This document shows positions 42,441-55,365 of a DNA stretch of 64,000 bases, piece by piece (position 1 is the first letter of the stretch; every line of letters starts with the position of its first letter). A program made the translations under genes and the position numbers. The notes beneath the pieces are model-generated. The model was not told where the DNA came from, did not search any database, and saw nothing but the letters and a program-made list of their open reading frames with translations. Location of the stretch: the NCBI RefSeq assembly GCF_006345805.1, contig NW_021834793.1:6348-70347 (forward strand), in the 5' to 3' direction. This stretch comes from Octopus sinensis (taxonomy: Eukaryota).

Positions 42441-43372
42441 TGGCTCCTCTTGTTGTTATTTAGCTCCAAGCCAGTCATAATTGAGCTGATATTCCAACCA
42501 TGATCATTACATCTGTTTTACAGCATTGTATACCCCAGAGTACATTATCCATTGTGTCCAAGATGGAACATCTGATTTGAGAGAGCTTTGGCTGCTATTT
42601 CTTGTAGGTTGGGTAACTATGTAGAAGTTGTCTCTTTGGCTCTTCAGTAAACTAAACCAGTCTAACAGAAATACATGATGCAAGAAGGGATATAAGAAGA
42701 GGTATGAAAGGAGGTGCTAGAAGTCCTAGATTGTGTATGCTTTAAGGTAATTTGATGGCAGATGAACTTAATGCGTGTACAAACAAACTATCATTATAAC
42801 AAATTTAAATCTACTTTATACAACAAATTTATACAATCTTACATATATTTTATATACTTTGTATAAAGTATTCACTCTGTAAATAATCAGTAAATGTGAC
42901 ATGCTAATATTATATCATATGCTATTATATCAGATATACTTATATTATGTCAGAAACACTTATATTATATCAAGCACAGTTGAATTAGTAGCCATTATCA
43001 TATACCCAAGCCTATTCCCCATTTTTTTGGGAGTGGGTAGCCACAACAAGACACATACCAGGCATTCCATCCATTTCCCAGCTGAAAGAGGTGAGCCCCA
43101 TCCTATGCTTGGATCAAGGCATAGAAATGCAACAAAAATTAGTAGTGCCTGACCAAATTCCTTACAATGTTTAGTTAGAGTGGTTCTGTTCTGAGATCAA
43201 ATTCCATTGGGTTTTCACTCTGTTTTTCAGTCCTCAAGGGTCATTTAGCAGATATAGATACCAGTCATATATTGCGATTACTTCTTTTTACAATCTTGTG
43301 ACTTCTCTAAATATCAGAAATGAATAAGTATTGCAACTTTATCAAGTCTAAATATTTCCTTTCTGTCTTCAG

Positions 43373-43445
43373 GTATCTTTTGATCTGAGCCTCGCAAGAG
43401 GACTAGATTATTACACTGGATTGATATATGAAGGTATTCTCAAAG
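43373..43445 (+). CDS. HARS1: HisRS exon (histidine-binding RGLDYY loop)
   Basis: ttcag|[25 protein letters not shown]|gtaaga; 73 nt. Confidence 0.96.
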
Positions 43446-44521
43446 GTAAGAGTGTTCTAAGGTAAATGGACGTTTATACAAGAAGGGAACAAATAATGAA
43501 CTGAAGATCATTATTAGCTTTTAGTTGGTTTTGTATGCACACACTCTTATATAAATGCACATATACATACGCATGTCTTGAATGCACTCATATACTTACA
43601 CACACTGCATGGTCAACAAGTTTGCTTTGCAATCATATGATCCTGGGTTTCATCACACTCTATGGCATCTGAGTCAAGTGTTGGTTACCTTTGCTTCAGG
43701 TTGCCTTGAACCTTGTGTTTGAAATTAGGGTAAATGGAAACTGTGGGTATAGGTCATGTGATCAAACAGCTGAAAGTTTGTCATTGAAACCATCAGAGAC
43801 CCATTTACTTACTTTTCTGTATATACCTGCAAAAGCTCCTATTTCCAGTATTCCAATCATCAGTTGGCAAATCAAGCCTTTGAAATATTCACTGTCTGGA
43901 TACTTTTTGGAATATGAAATGAAAGTTTGAAGAAAATACTTGTCCTTATGTTCTTCTGTTTAAAACCTTTGTGAATGACGTGTGCAAAAACCGCTGCTTC
44001 AAGCTCACACTTTTTAAAATTTCATTTCTGATTGACTTGGTAGCATTATTATAAATGTCTTAAACTCCATACAAGTGTCATCATGAAAATGCATTGATTT
44101 TAAATAATACATTAATATGATTGCCCTGTGCAGGTGCATACATATACACATGTACACTCATACACACGCACAGAATTATTTATTCATGTATGTATTCACA
44201 TATGCATATATACATAAACACACACATATCAAAACATATATTAAGAAAACTTATTAAACATTTCAGAACCAACATTTTTTTTCCAAACCAGAATGAAATT
44301 CAAGGAGGCTTGTATATGCATACAAGATACTTAGTTGCATGCATAAAAGGCATTAACAATTCATTTCTTTCATTCAAACTATTGCTCCCTTGAGTCAAAA
44401 TTCTCAATTTTTTGCTCAAACAAAAGTCACACTGAATCTTTGATTTGAAGCTTCCATTCTTGTGTGGTTGTGCACTATTGACGGTAGACCAGGTAATTTT
44501 GAATTTGTGAGGATATGTGCA

Positions 44522-45060
44522 TACAAGGGTCAGCTGAAGAGTTCATAGGCTGACTAAGATACTCTCATGGAACGTGACCAAATGATGTGATCAGCCTGAT
44601 GCACTTTTGATCAGGTGTCAGAAGACTTTATCATAAAACCTTCATCATGCCAAGTTCATTGTGCAGAACATTCTCTACTGTCTCACAGGATATGCAAATA
44701 GCATTAGTAATTTGATTTATAATCAGCCACCTGTCATCTATCACCATATAGTTAACGCAATCAATGTTTTCCTTGGTGGTGGAAGTTGCAGGATGTCCAG
44801 CATTTGAGCTGTCTTCAAAACTCTCTCTTCCTCTCCTAAATTCAGCTGCCCACTTTTGCAGTGCATCATCCCCTAATGTAGCAACCATGTCAGCATGAAT
44901 GTTCTTGGGGGCTAAGCCCTTTTTCTGCTGATGCCAAATTTTGTCAGTTTTCAAGAGAAGTCACTACTAGTTACCAGTTATTAATAAAATGAGTTCAAAA
45001 TTAATGCATGCAAGATTTCACAGTTCTAGCATCACTCTTCCATAGGCAGCTTAAGTGTAT
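44522..45060 (-). mobile_element. Mariner-derived fragment (transposase HTH region)
   Basis: IHADMVATLGDDA..KWAAEFRRGRESFED...DDR...ILHNELGM-like ORF 44631-44954. Confidence 0.75.
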
Positions 45061-45239
45061 GTGTCTGCACAGATGCACATAAAATGAATACTCACATATA
45101 CACTGATTGTTTTTTTATAAACATTAATTAATTATATGTAAGTGCAGATGTGTGTTTGTATATACATGTGTGTGTGTGTGTGTATGCATGTATATATGTG
45201 GTAAATGGGTATATAAGTATATGTGTATATGTGTGTGTT

Positions 45240-45282
<43 letters not shown>

Positions 45283-45637
45283 GTGTATGTAAACATGATA
45301 TATACTTATGAGTATGTGTGTGTGTGTGTGCATGTGCAATTGCATCTATTAAAGGTAATAAAATATATGTATGTGTGTGCTGCTGTAGGATAAATGGCAA
45401 TAACCATACCTTTTATCTGGTGTTTCTTTTATTTTATTCTCATTTTTCCTCTAATGTAATTGTCTTCCTTGATTCTCCAGATAGGGCCATAAACTAATTA
45501 AGATAGCGATTTGAGAAATTTGATAAGTTTTGAACCATGGCTCTTACAAGCAGCCTTTTGAAATTCTGCAAGTCTTGGTAGCTTCACTATGTAACATCAT
45601 GAGCTGGCTAACTTAAATTTTCTACCTTACCACTCTG

Positions 45638-45727
45638 TTTAAAATCACCTGAAGATGGCAGATTTTTGTCATGATGTAATCTAAGAATTCATCTGTAAAG
45701 GATGCTGAAACAGCTTTTAATTTTAAA
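45638..45727 (+). ncRNA. Degenerate hammerhead-like motif
   Basis: tttaaaatcac CTGAAGA tggca...tgct GAAA cagc tt ttaattttaaa; cleavage-site region eroded. Confidence 0.4.
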
Positions 45728-45931
45728 TCCCATTTGTGTTATATATATATATATTTATTTATTGTGGAGTGCCTAACTAACTTGAAACAAGCAAGCACAG
45801 TTTTATGATTTGTGGTGCCTTGATAATAAAATGAGCTGATTCATTGCTATTAAAAACATGGCTTGTTTTTTTTCATTTTAAGTACATATAATGATTACAC
45901 TTGTAGTATCGTCTTCCTTCATACTTTCTAG

Positions 45932-46113
45932 GTTACACCTATAAATCAGATTCTGGAGATTCAACAGAATCCGTTGCTGTTGGCAGCGTTGCTGGTGGAG
46001 GACGTTATGATGGCCTTGTTGGAATGTTTGACCCAAAAGGCAAAGAAGTACCTTGTGTTGGTGTCAGTATTGGAATAGAACGCATCTTCGCCATTATGGA
46101 AGCTAAAGTTTTG
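45932..46113 (+). CDS. HARS1: HisRS exon (GGRYDG and motif 3)
   Basis: ttctag|(G)[60 protein letters not shown]|gtaagg; 182 nt. Confidence 0.96.
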
Positions 46114-47493
46114 GTAAGGTTTAGAGACATAGCAGAATGTTTTACTTAAAATAATTTCAATTTCAACAGTAAATAGCCCCTTTTTCAACAGTATTTATTA
46201 TCTTGCTGTCAGACTACTAAGTATGTAACACATATTCAATTATTGGTTGTAGCTATTTCACTTATTAATGCTTTGGGAAAGGCATCAATGTTATAAAATC
46301 ACATTTCTGTTTACCTCAATCAATAAACTTATTCGCATTTTAATTGGTATTTTCGTCCCATAAAAGTTAAACAATTTACTTTATTGTCAATTAGCACCTG
46401 GTTAGCTCTGTTCAAACCAGCCTACATCACAAAGCATTCCACTCATGACCACTCTACCACTCTACCAAATATAGTATATGTACAATTACATTATCCAATG
46501 TGTACCACTTTTTTTAAAGATGATTTTTAGGGAAATTTGGCTGCTATTTCTAGCATGTTGAGTGACTTTGTAAAGCACCTTCATCAATTATGTCATCATT
46601 AGTATTGGTATTGTTATTTAGCATTTCAGCTAGACCATCTTGTCTTGTTTTGCAGTATATCTAGGACTACATTAATTAATGCGTCCTTCTGTTTATGATA
46701 GTAAAATATTATTTAAGAAAGATTTTACTAAATCCCTACATAAATGTTCCTCTCTTACTCTTAAAATTGACTCAAGCACTTAAAACAATTAAGTGAATGC
46801 ATGATACATGTTAACCAAGTCATACTTGCTTGTGAGAGATGGCTGTGGGTTTTTATTATTTTGATTAATCTGTCTTGCATCAATAAAACACAAATGAACA
46901 TAACTTTTGTAGATTTAAAATGGTTTGGAATATAAGGTATTGGACTATCAACTCAAAGACTGACAGTCAATATGTACCAAAGGTGTTGTTGAACACTTAA
47001 AACTGGACACATTGCTTTTGATAAGATGTAGACCCAAGTATCTTTGCTTCACTAATTCATCTACTATCAAATACATTGAGGTACACACACCCTGGCACCC
47101 CTTCTTATATCACTAGTTTCTGTAATTTAGCCTTGCACTTTTTCTTAGAGTCTGTGACACAACCTGCTACCCTTTCTTGCATCACTGGTTTCTGTAATAC
47201 TTGTGTATTTTACTAGTAGGGTTTGGTAGTTTGATACCTTACCTTCCTTCTGAAAAAGGATATGATACATCACTGCAGATCACCCAAAACATGCATTAAA
47301 TAGGTAATGGAATGTTTAGACCAATAGATCAGCATGATTTCTTAGTGAGTATCATATTTTCCTACACTTATCAAGAGCTGACCACCAGTTACCAAAACCC
47401 TTGTGACCTATGGCAATGTAGTGTTGTTGTGATTTGTGAATTTTATAATACAATTGTATAAAAGTGAATGATATATCTGTATTATTGTTTCAG

Positions 47494-47610
47494 GCTGACA
47501 ATGCAAAGATCCGAACAACCAGTACGGAGGTATATGTTATTTCGGCTCAAAAGAACTTACTTGAGGAACGGATGAGAATTTGTTGTGAACTTTGGGATGC
47601 TAAAATCAAG
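47494..47610 (+). CDS. HARS1: HisRS exon (start of anticodon-binding domain)
   Basis: tttcag|ADNAKIRTTSTEVYVISAQKNLLEERMRICCELWDAKIK|gtaaga; 117 nt. Confidence 0.95.
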
Positions 47611-48454
47611 GTAAGAATGATGATGATGTTACTGTGATTTAACCCCAGGCCAGCCCTGATTGTGCAGTCCTATGATCAAACTATGATCATTCCATCATAT
47701 TTTGATGAATAGTGTACTCTAGACTTGTCCAGGAACCTTTTTTAAAGGTAGCAGGGTGTGGTTTGATGTCTGTCTGGTTGTTTTTTCTAATAAATTGTGG
47801 AACCACATAGGAACCCTCTTGTTGGATTGTAGCTGAAGGATCATTTCTTGCAGTGATGCGGAGCCTTAGATTTTGGTGTTGTATGTGGAGGTGGAGATGT
47901 TTGATTCTGTCACTGTGTTATGCTTTTGGTCCAGGTGCATTACCATTCTTTTACTTTGTCTACCAACTAAAACTAGACATCACTCCCCATCATAGTTATG
48001 TTATTAATATTTAGTTGCAAAAGCAATGATTCAAAAAATTTTCACTCAAGATGATGATAGTCAAATTTCATTTGTTCAGTTGTTAACAATGTCTGGTTTG
48101 TTAATGTTAACAACTCTTCTGTTGGTGATGGTTAAATTGTAATAAGACATAATATATATTAGCAACAGAGGTAGTATTAATACCAAGAGGTAATGTTTAA
48201 CCCTACTTAAGTGGGGATAAATATTACCTCTCTGTAATAAGACAGTCTATAACTTAAGTATCTATAGTTAGTGTGTGAAATGTTAGTTTTACATAGGATT
48301 TGTGCTACAGAGGACAGTGGTTACACAGTTCACTGCATCAGCCTGTCTAAAATGGTGACTTCTTTCTTTTTTGTACCATCTTTTTTCTTCATTAGACCAA
48401 TTACTTCTATTTCTCATCTTGAAGAAATTTCTATTTTAAAATCTTTTAAACATT

Positions 48455-49950
48455 AAGGATATGAAGACAGTTCCTGGGCTGTCAGGAATCATTGCCAAGA
48501 TGATTAAAATTTCCAGTGGTGTAGGATACAGCCTTGTCGCCCATTTATTTAATCAGATTATTCAGTGAGGCACCATCCCCAATGACTGGTGTAGTAGTAT
48601 CATAGTTAGCTGCTACAAGGGTAAAGGTGATGCCTTAGACAGAAACAACTACAAATGTATTAAACTACTACACCAATCCATGAAAGTTACTGAGAGGATT
48701 ATAGCTCAATTGATTAGGGATAGAATTAAAACTAGATGAGATACAGTTTGGTTTTGTGCCTGGGAAGAGTATCACAGATGCTATCTTCCTAGTGAGACAG
48801 CTGCAGGAAAAGTACTTGGCCAAAAGTAAATCATTGTACTTAGCCTTCATCAACCCGCTCTGTAATATGGTGGTCTCTAAGGAAATTAGGAGTAGAGGAG
48901 TGGCTCATTACAGCTGTACAAGCCATGTACAGTGGTGTTGTCACCAAGGTTCACTTCTCAGCCCACTCTTATTTATTATGGTCCTCTAGGCCATAACAGA
49001 GGAATTGTGCCCATGGGAACTGCTATATGCTGATGACCTTGCTCTTATTGCAGAATCTTTAGCAGAATTAGAGAAGAAATTTCAGGTATGGAAAGAAAAC
49101 CTGGAATCAAAGGGCCTTAGTGTTAACCTAACAAAGATCAAAGTTGTTAGTAAGAAAGAAGATAAAGCTCTCTTTCCATAAGGTATGGCCTTGATCACTA
49201 TGTAGGAAAGGAGTTGGAAGAAATTCCATTCACTGCACCCAGTGTAAACAATGGACACATAAAAGGTGCAGTGGAATCTTTGTACGTGGCAGATGGGCAG
49301 GAACAATAAGCATTAAGAGCACACAGGACTTAGATTCTCTTAAATGTCCAGGAGGCTCTCTTGAGGTTGTTGATAGCTTCTGTTAGCTAGGTGACCAAAT
49401 TAGCAATGGTGAAGGGTGTTCTGAAAGTATTGTTTCTAGAATAAAAATTGGGTCGGGGGAAGTTCAGAGAGCTATTACCTCTGTTGGCAACAAAAGGACT
49501 CACTCTCAGAGTGAAAGGTAGACTATATGATGTTTTTGTGTGAACTGCTATACTCCATGGTAGTGAGACATGGGCTCTGAATGCAGAAGACATGCATAGA
49601 CTGGAGAGAAATGAAGGTAGTAATCTCCATTGGATGTGCAACATCAGTGCGCATGTATGAGAAAGTGCAAATGTATTAAGAGAAAAGTTGGGTATAAGGG
49701 GAATCAAATGTAGCATGCAAAGGAGAAGATTATATTAGTTTGGACATGTGATGCATATGAATGAGGTCATCTATATAAAAAAAGTGCCGATCATTGAAAG
49801 TAGATGGTACCCACGAAAGAGGGAGACCCAGGAAGATGTGGGATGAAATAGTAAGGACCGATCGTAGGATATTGGCCCTCATGGAGGAAACGACAATGGA
49901 CCAAGATGTCTGGTGATACAAAGTTCTTGAGAAAACCTGTCCATGTCAGT
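48455..49950 (+). mobile_element. Degenerate RTE LINE
   Basis: PNDWC, DAIFLVRQLQEKY, LYADDLALIAES, HGSETW, GRPRKMW homology with 521-2611. Confidence 0.85.
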
Positions 49951-50129
49951 GAAACTGAGTTCTAGAAGTGCTGTGTGTCCCACCCACACTTAACAAAATT
50001 TCTCGCACACTCTACCACAACAAACCAAACTGCATCTCTACATCTCTTCCTCACATTTCCACTTCGTGTACTAAGCTTACTTCCCACCTCGCCAATCCTG
50101 TCCTCTGGGCCCTGTGCCACTGTATTATT

Positions 50130-50620
50130 GCTCTCTGCTAGCTTCTGACCTGTCTCAATAGCATGACTATTTCTATCTTCATTCCTGATCTCTCTTTCTC
50201 TCTCTCAGGTAACCTTGTACTTCCTCTGCAGCAAGACACCTGTTTCTGTCTCTCTGCCTCACGATAACCTTTCATCATCCGACAAAAGATCAATGCCCCC
50301 TCCCCTCTCAAAAGAGGGCAAGTACTTGGTGACCCTGTCAGTGCAGGTGCCACTTAAAGGCACCCAGTCCACACTGTAAAGTGGTTGGCATTTGGAAGGG
50401 CATCTAGCTGTAAAAACCTTACCAAAACTGACCTTGCCTGTGCTTGTGCCATGTAAAAAGCACTAAGTCCACTCTGCTGAATGGTTGGGGTTAGAAAAGG
50501 CATCCAGCTGTAAAAATCCTGTCAAAACAGTTACAGAAGTCTGGTGTGGGCTTCTGCCTGGCCGATTCTTGTCAAACCGTCCTACCCATGGCAGCATAGA
50601 AAGCAACCTTTAAATGATGA
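50130..50620 (+). mobile_element. RTE-tail-related composite 3' region
   Basis: Duplicated gtggttggc...gggcatc(c)agctgtaaaa motifs ending in taaatgatga. Confidence 0.65.
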
Positions 50621-51136
50621 CAATTTAAAGAGACATTTTCATCTGTTTTGATTTACTGTGATTATTGACTATTAATGGATATATGTTGTCTTTGAATCAT
50701 CCTTTTTGTAGTTATCAGAAAGTTGTAGAGTGGCAGACGAAATGTTTTATGAACTTTTACAATGTGAGTTCAAAATTTACCAAGATTCATTTTGTCTATC
50801 ACATTTCTAGTACCAATGAAAGAAGGTATACTTAAGTATTGATTATTTCTCCCATTATTTGTGATCAGTGCTAGAAATTATTATTATTTAAATTTTGGTA
50901 GCAGAATAGCTGAAATGGGAACTCACCAAATTTAATTTTCCACAATGTTTAATTTTATCTCTCTTTACATTCTGAGTTTAACAACTGCTTGAGATAACTC
51001 TGCCTTTCAGACCCACCTGCCACACAAGGTAATGGTGATAAAATGAATTATATAGTGTCAATTGCCTGTAAAACGTGCAGTTTGCTATAACAAACATACA
51101 AAATACCTTATTGTTGTTTCCTGTTCTTCATTACAG

Positions 51137-51283
51137 ACTGAGCATTCCTACAAAAAGTCTCCAAAATTGTTGGACCAATTTCAGTATTGTGAAAACAGTG
51201 GTATTCCTTTGGCCATTATTATTGGAGAATCTGAAATTGAGCAGGGTGTTGTCAAACTCCGTGTTATTTCTACCAGAGAAGAG
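51137..51283 (+). CDS. HARS1: HisRS exon (anticodon-binding domain)
   Basis: ttacag|TEHSYKKSPKLLDQFQYCENSGIPLAIIIGESEIEQGVVKLRVISTREE|gtaagc; 147 nt. Confidence 0.95.
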
Positions 51284-52254
51284 GTAAGCATCTATTTTCA
51301 GAAAGGGTGTAGAATTTCAACTGATTGTAAAACTTCCTGTCATATTTTTATTGACCGTAAGGACAATATTGTAGAAGCAAAAGGGCAAGCATCTGCTTGA
51401 TTAATTGCTCAAAAGTCTTGTGTTCAGATCCACTGTAAGCCTGTCATTTTACATGTACCTAAGTTTGCTTGAATTAAGGTTATGTAATGCAAAAACGTTT
51501 AGGGATTTTGTATGAGATAGATTGTCATACAATCAAGGGGAACATATGTTTTCTATTTCACAAACCAGAAAGATTTCTAAGGCACATTCACAGTCTTTTT
51601 TTTCCTTTTATTTTTATGTCTTTTAATATTATGGAAGCATATTGGCTGTCAGTTTAAGGAGCTGGGCTACAAGCCACATACAATTGTAATTTCACACCTT
51701 ACTGCAACCAAGGGATTGTACTACTGAGCAAAGTAAATAATCCTGCTGGCACCAGTTTAATTTACCGAACCTAATTAGTCTCCCCTCCATCACGGAGTAG
51801 TTTGTAATAGGAAGTATATCTCAATAAAAATACAAATGCTTCAACAAGTAAACCATCTCATTGATGCAGTCATGGAAAAATAGATGTAAAAATAATTTGT
51901 TTTTTTTCTTCGAAAATTGTATTATGTGTTTTCCAACCTTTACATCCTAACACAGTGCCAAACAACTTTATCAAGGATACGTTATTATGCCATGTGTTCC
52001 TGGCAAAAATAGTTAACTACAGGATGTCTGGGCTAACTTTGACAGTTTGCATATAAGGAACAAAAAACAGTATCCTAATCCAAAAATATAAGTGTTTTTA
52101 AAAAATAAAAAAGTTTCAATTAGATTATGGCTGAAAGATAATAGTTCACTTAAACTAGCTGCCCTCAGCTTCTATCATGGCCTCAAGACAGCTCCTGAAC
52201 CTGGTGTATGCATTCCTCACTGCATTCCTGGAAAGATCTTTGAACACCTCCTTG

Positions 52255-52920
52255 ATCTTGGCCACCAGCTCAGCCACGACTACAATTTTACTTGACTTGA
52301 CGGATCTTCTCACACACAGCATATCACCAAAGGTCTCAGTTGCTAGTCATTGCCTCCATAAAGCCTAAAGTTCGAAGGTCATGCTTCATCACTTTGCCCC
52401 ACGTCTTCCTGGGTCTACCTCTACCACAGGTTCCCTCCACAGTTAGAAATCAGCACTTCTATACGTAGCTGTTCTTGTCCATATGCATCATATGACCTTA
52501 CCAGCACAGTCGTCCCTCTTGCACATCACATCTTATGCCTTTTATGCCTAACTTTTCTCTCAAGATGCTTACACTCTTTCATGCATGCACACTGACATTG
52601 CACATCCAGTGAAGCATACTAGCTTCATTTCTTTCAAGCCTATGCATGTCCTCAGCTGTCACAGTCCATGTTTCACTGCTGTGTAGCATAGCTGTTGACA
52701 CACAGGCATCATACAGTCTGCCTTTCACACTGAGGAAAAATCCCATTGTTGCCAGCAAAGGTAGGAGCTCTCTGAACTTTGCCCAGCCTATTCTTATTCT
52801 TGCAGCTCTCAGAGCATCCTCCTCTGCAAATGACTTGGTCACTTAGATAACGGAAACTATCTACTAGCTCTAGATTATCCCATTGGCAGTTGATGGAGTC
52901 TATTTTCTGTACATTTAACT
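52255..52920 (-). mobile_element. RTE LINE C-terminal fragment
   Basis: ORF 52579-52842 ARIRIGWAKFRELLPLL...LHSSETW. Confidence 0.85.
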
Positions 52921-53197
52921 ATAATACAGACTACATATAGTTTGTATTATCACAACTGTCACATGAAACTGAGTAACAGTTTATGAAAAGTTTTTATTTT
53001 TCAGCTTTCATAAAATAGTGTGTGAGTGTATGTGTGTGTGTGTGTATATAGTGCAGGTATCAGTTAGAGGGGTTTAATACCTCTAAGGGATAATTAAATC
53101 CAAAATCGCTCCTGGTTATTACCTGGGTAGGTACAGTCTTTTGTAAGGTTGTACAGTAGCAGGTGGTTCAGTTGGTAAACCGTAGTTTAGGTTATGT

Positions 53198-53251
53198 AAC
53201 TCATGGTTTTCACTGGTATGCCTTAAGGCATACCAGCGAAAACCATGAGTT
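53198..53251. repeat. 54-bp near-perfect palindrome
   Basis: aactcatggttttcactggtatgcct|taaggcataccagcgaaaaccatgagtt, centred on TTAA, one mismatch. Confidence 0.85.
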
Positions 53252-53274
53252 TCCCATTGTTATTATATCCATTT

Positions 53275-53318
<44 letters not shown>

Positions 53319-53689
53319 ATATATATTTAGATGGTAAATGTTTTTATTTTTCATCCCTTCGATATTTTATCTCAAATAGTGGTCCGTAATTTAACTGTCC
53401 ATGTAACTCTCTAGCGTGCAGGTAGTCCTATGATGGTTACCTCTTATGTGTTTAAATGTACACTCTATTTATAGGAATAACATATAGTCTACTGACTTAA
53501 TGTTTACATGCTAGGCCAATGGTATGGGAAATTTCTAGTATTCCAGATTACCCTTTGATAATATTAATTACTGATAATTTTTTGGATAATTTCCGAAATG
53601 AAAAAGCCGGCATATTTATTTACCACCAACAAGGAGTTGTGCTTGTGCTGTTGATTTGAAAAATTAGAATGTATAAAAATTAGAATGTA

Positions 53690-55260
53690 TAACAGAGGAA
53701 TTCAAGACAGGATGCCCCTGGGAGCTCCTCTATGCTGACGACCTTGCTCTAATTGCTGAGTCACTATCAGAACTAGAGGAGAAGTTTCAGGTGTGGAAAC
53801 AAGGATTAGAATCGAAGGGCCTTAGAGTCAACCTAGCTAAAACCAAAGTCCTAATAAGTAGGAAGGCAGGCAAACCACAAATCCTTCAGGTAGTTGACCC
53901 TGCTCGATCTGTAGAAAAGGCGTAGGTAGAAAATCTACAAGATGTACCTAATGTAAGCTATGGACACATAAAAGGTGCAGCAATGTCAAAGGAAGGCTAA
54001 CTGGGAAGATAGTTTTTGTATGTGGCAGATGCTCAGGAGCAATAAACACTAAAAATGTGCAGAGAACAACTTCCGCCACATTCCAGGGAAAAAAGTAGTT
54101 GATAGCTTCTATTACCTAGGTGACCAAGTCAGTGGCGGGGGAGGATGCACTGAAAGTGTAGCTGCTAGAATAAGAATAGCCTGGGCAAAGTTCAGAGAGC
54201 TCTTACCTCTGCTGGTGACAAAGGGCTTCTCGCTCAGAGTAAATGGTAAACTGTATGATACGTGTACAAACAGCCAGGCTACATGGCAGTGAAACATGGG
54301 CCATGACTGCTGAGGACATGCATAAGCTCGCAAGGAATGAAGCCAGTATGCTCCGGTGGATGTGTAATGTCACTGTGCATTTTCGACAGAGTGTAAGTAC
54401 CTTGAGAGAAAAGTTGGACCTAAGAAGCATCAGATGTGGTGTGCAAGAGAGACGATTGGGCTGGTATGGCCATGTGGTAAGAATGGATGTAGATAGCTGT
54501 GTGAAAAAGTGTCACACTCTAGTGGTTGAGGGAACCTGTGGAAGAGGTAGACTCAGGAAGACCTGGGATGAGGTGGTGAAGCATGACCTTCGAACATTGG
54601 GCCTCACCAAGGTAATGACTAGTGACCAGGACCTTTGGAAATATGCTGTGCTTGAGAAGACTCGGCAAGCCAAGTGAGACCATAACCTCGTGGCCTATGC
54701 CAGGGGTGTAACCATCCCACTTATGCATACCTTTCCTTCATTGGATACTAAACTCTGCTTGCGAAGACCTGTTGAGGCAAGTGAAATCAAAATCAAATTT
54801 GATGACTGGCATCCATGCTAGTGGAGCGCTAAGAGTACCATCCAAGCATGATCATTGCTAGAGCAACAAACTGGTTTCCGTGCCAGTGGCACGTAAAAAG
54901 CATTATTTGAGCATGATTGTTACTTGCATCGCCTTACTGGCACTTGTACTGGTAGCACATGACAAAACATTCAAGTGAGGTCGTTGCCAGTGCCACTGGA
55001 CTGGCTCCTGTGCATGTGGCACATAAAAAGTGCCATTTGAGCGTGGCCGTTGCTAGTACCGCATGACTGGCCCTCATGCCAGTGGTACATATAAGCAGCC
55101 ACTACACTCTTGGAGTTGTTGGCATTAGGAAGGGCATCCAGTTGTAGGAACTCTGCCAGATCTGATTGGAGCCTGGTGCAGCCATCTGGTTCGCCAGACC
55201 TCAGTCAAATCGTCCAATCCATGCTAGCATAGAAAGCAGATGTTAAAAGATGATGATGAT
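53690..55260 (+). mobile_element. 5'-truncated RTE LINE with tandem-unit 3' UTR and (GAT)n tail
   Basis: LYADDLALIAES, PHD remnant, ORF 54243-54677; very similar to 1618-3223. Confidence 0.92.
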
Positions 55261-55294
55261 GGATTGCCTCGTGTATATATTAATCTAAGGTGTA

Positions 55295-55365
55295 CCTGCT
55301 GAAGAAGGCTTCGCCCAGCAAATTATTTTATTTTCTAAAATAAAGTCTGAAACCATTGGTCTAGG
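55295..55365 (+). ncRNA. Type I hammerhead ribozyme
   Basis: cctg CTGAAGA aggctt...aagtct GAAA ccattgg TC tagg. Confidence 0.8.

Noticed and set aside
43373-43381. GTATCTTTT resembling a U12 donor
   Set aside because: It is the start of a coding exon (VSF) directly after a normal acceptor
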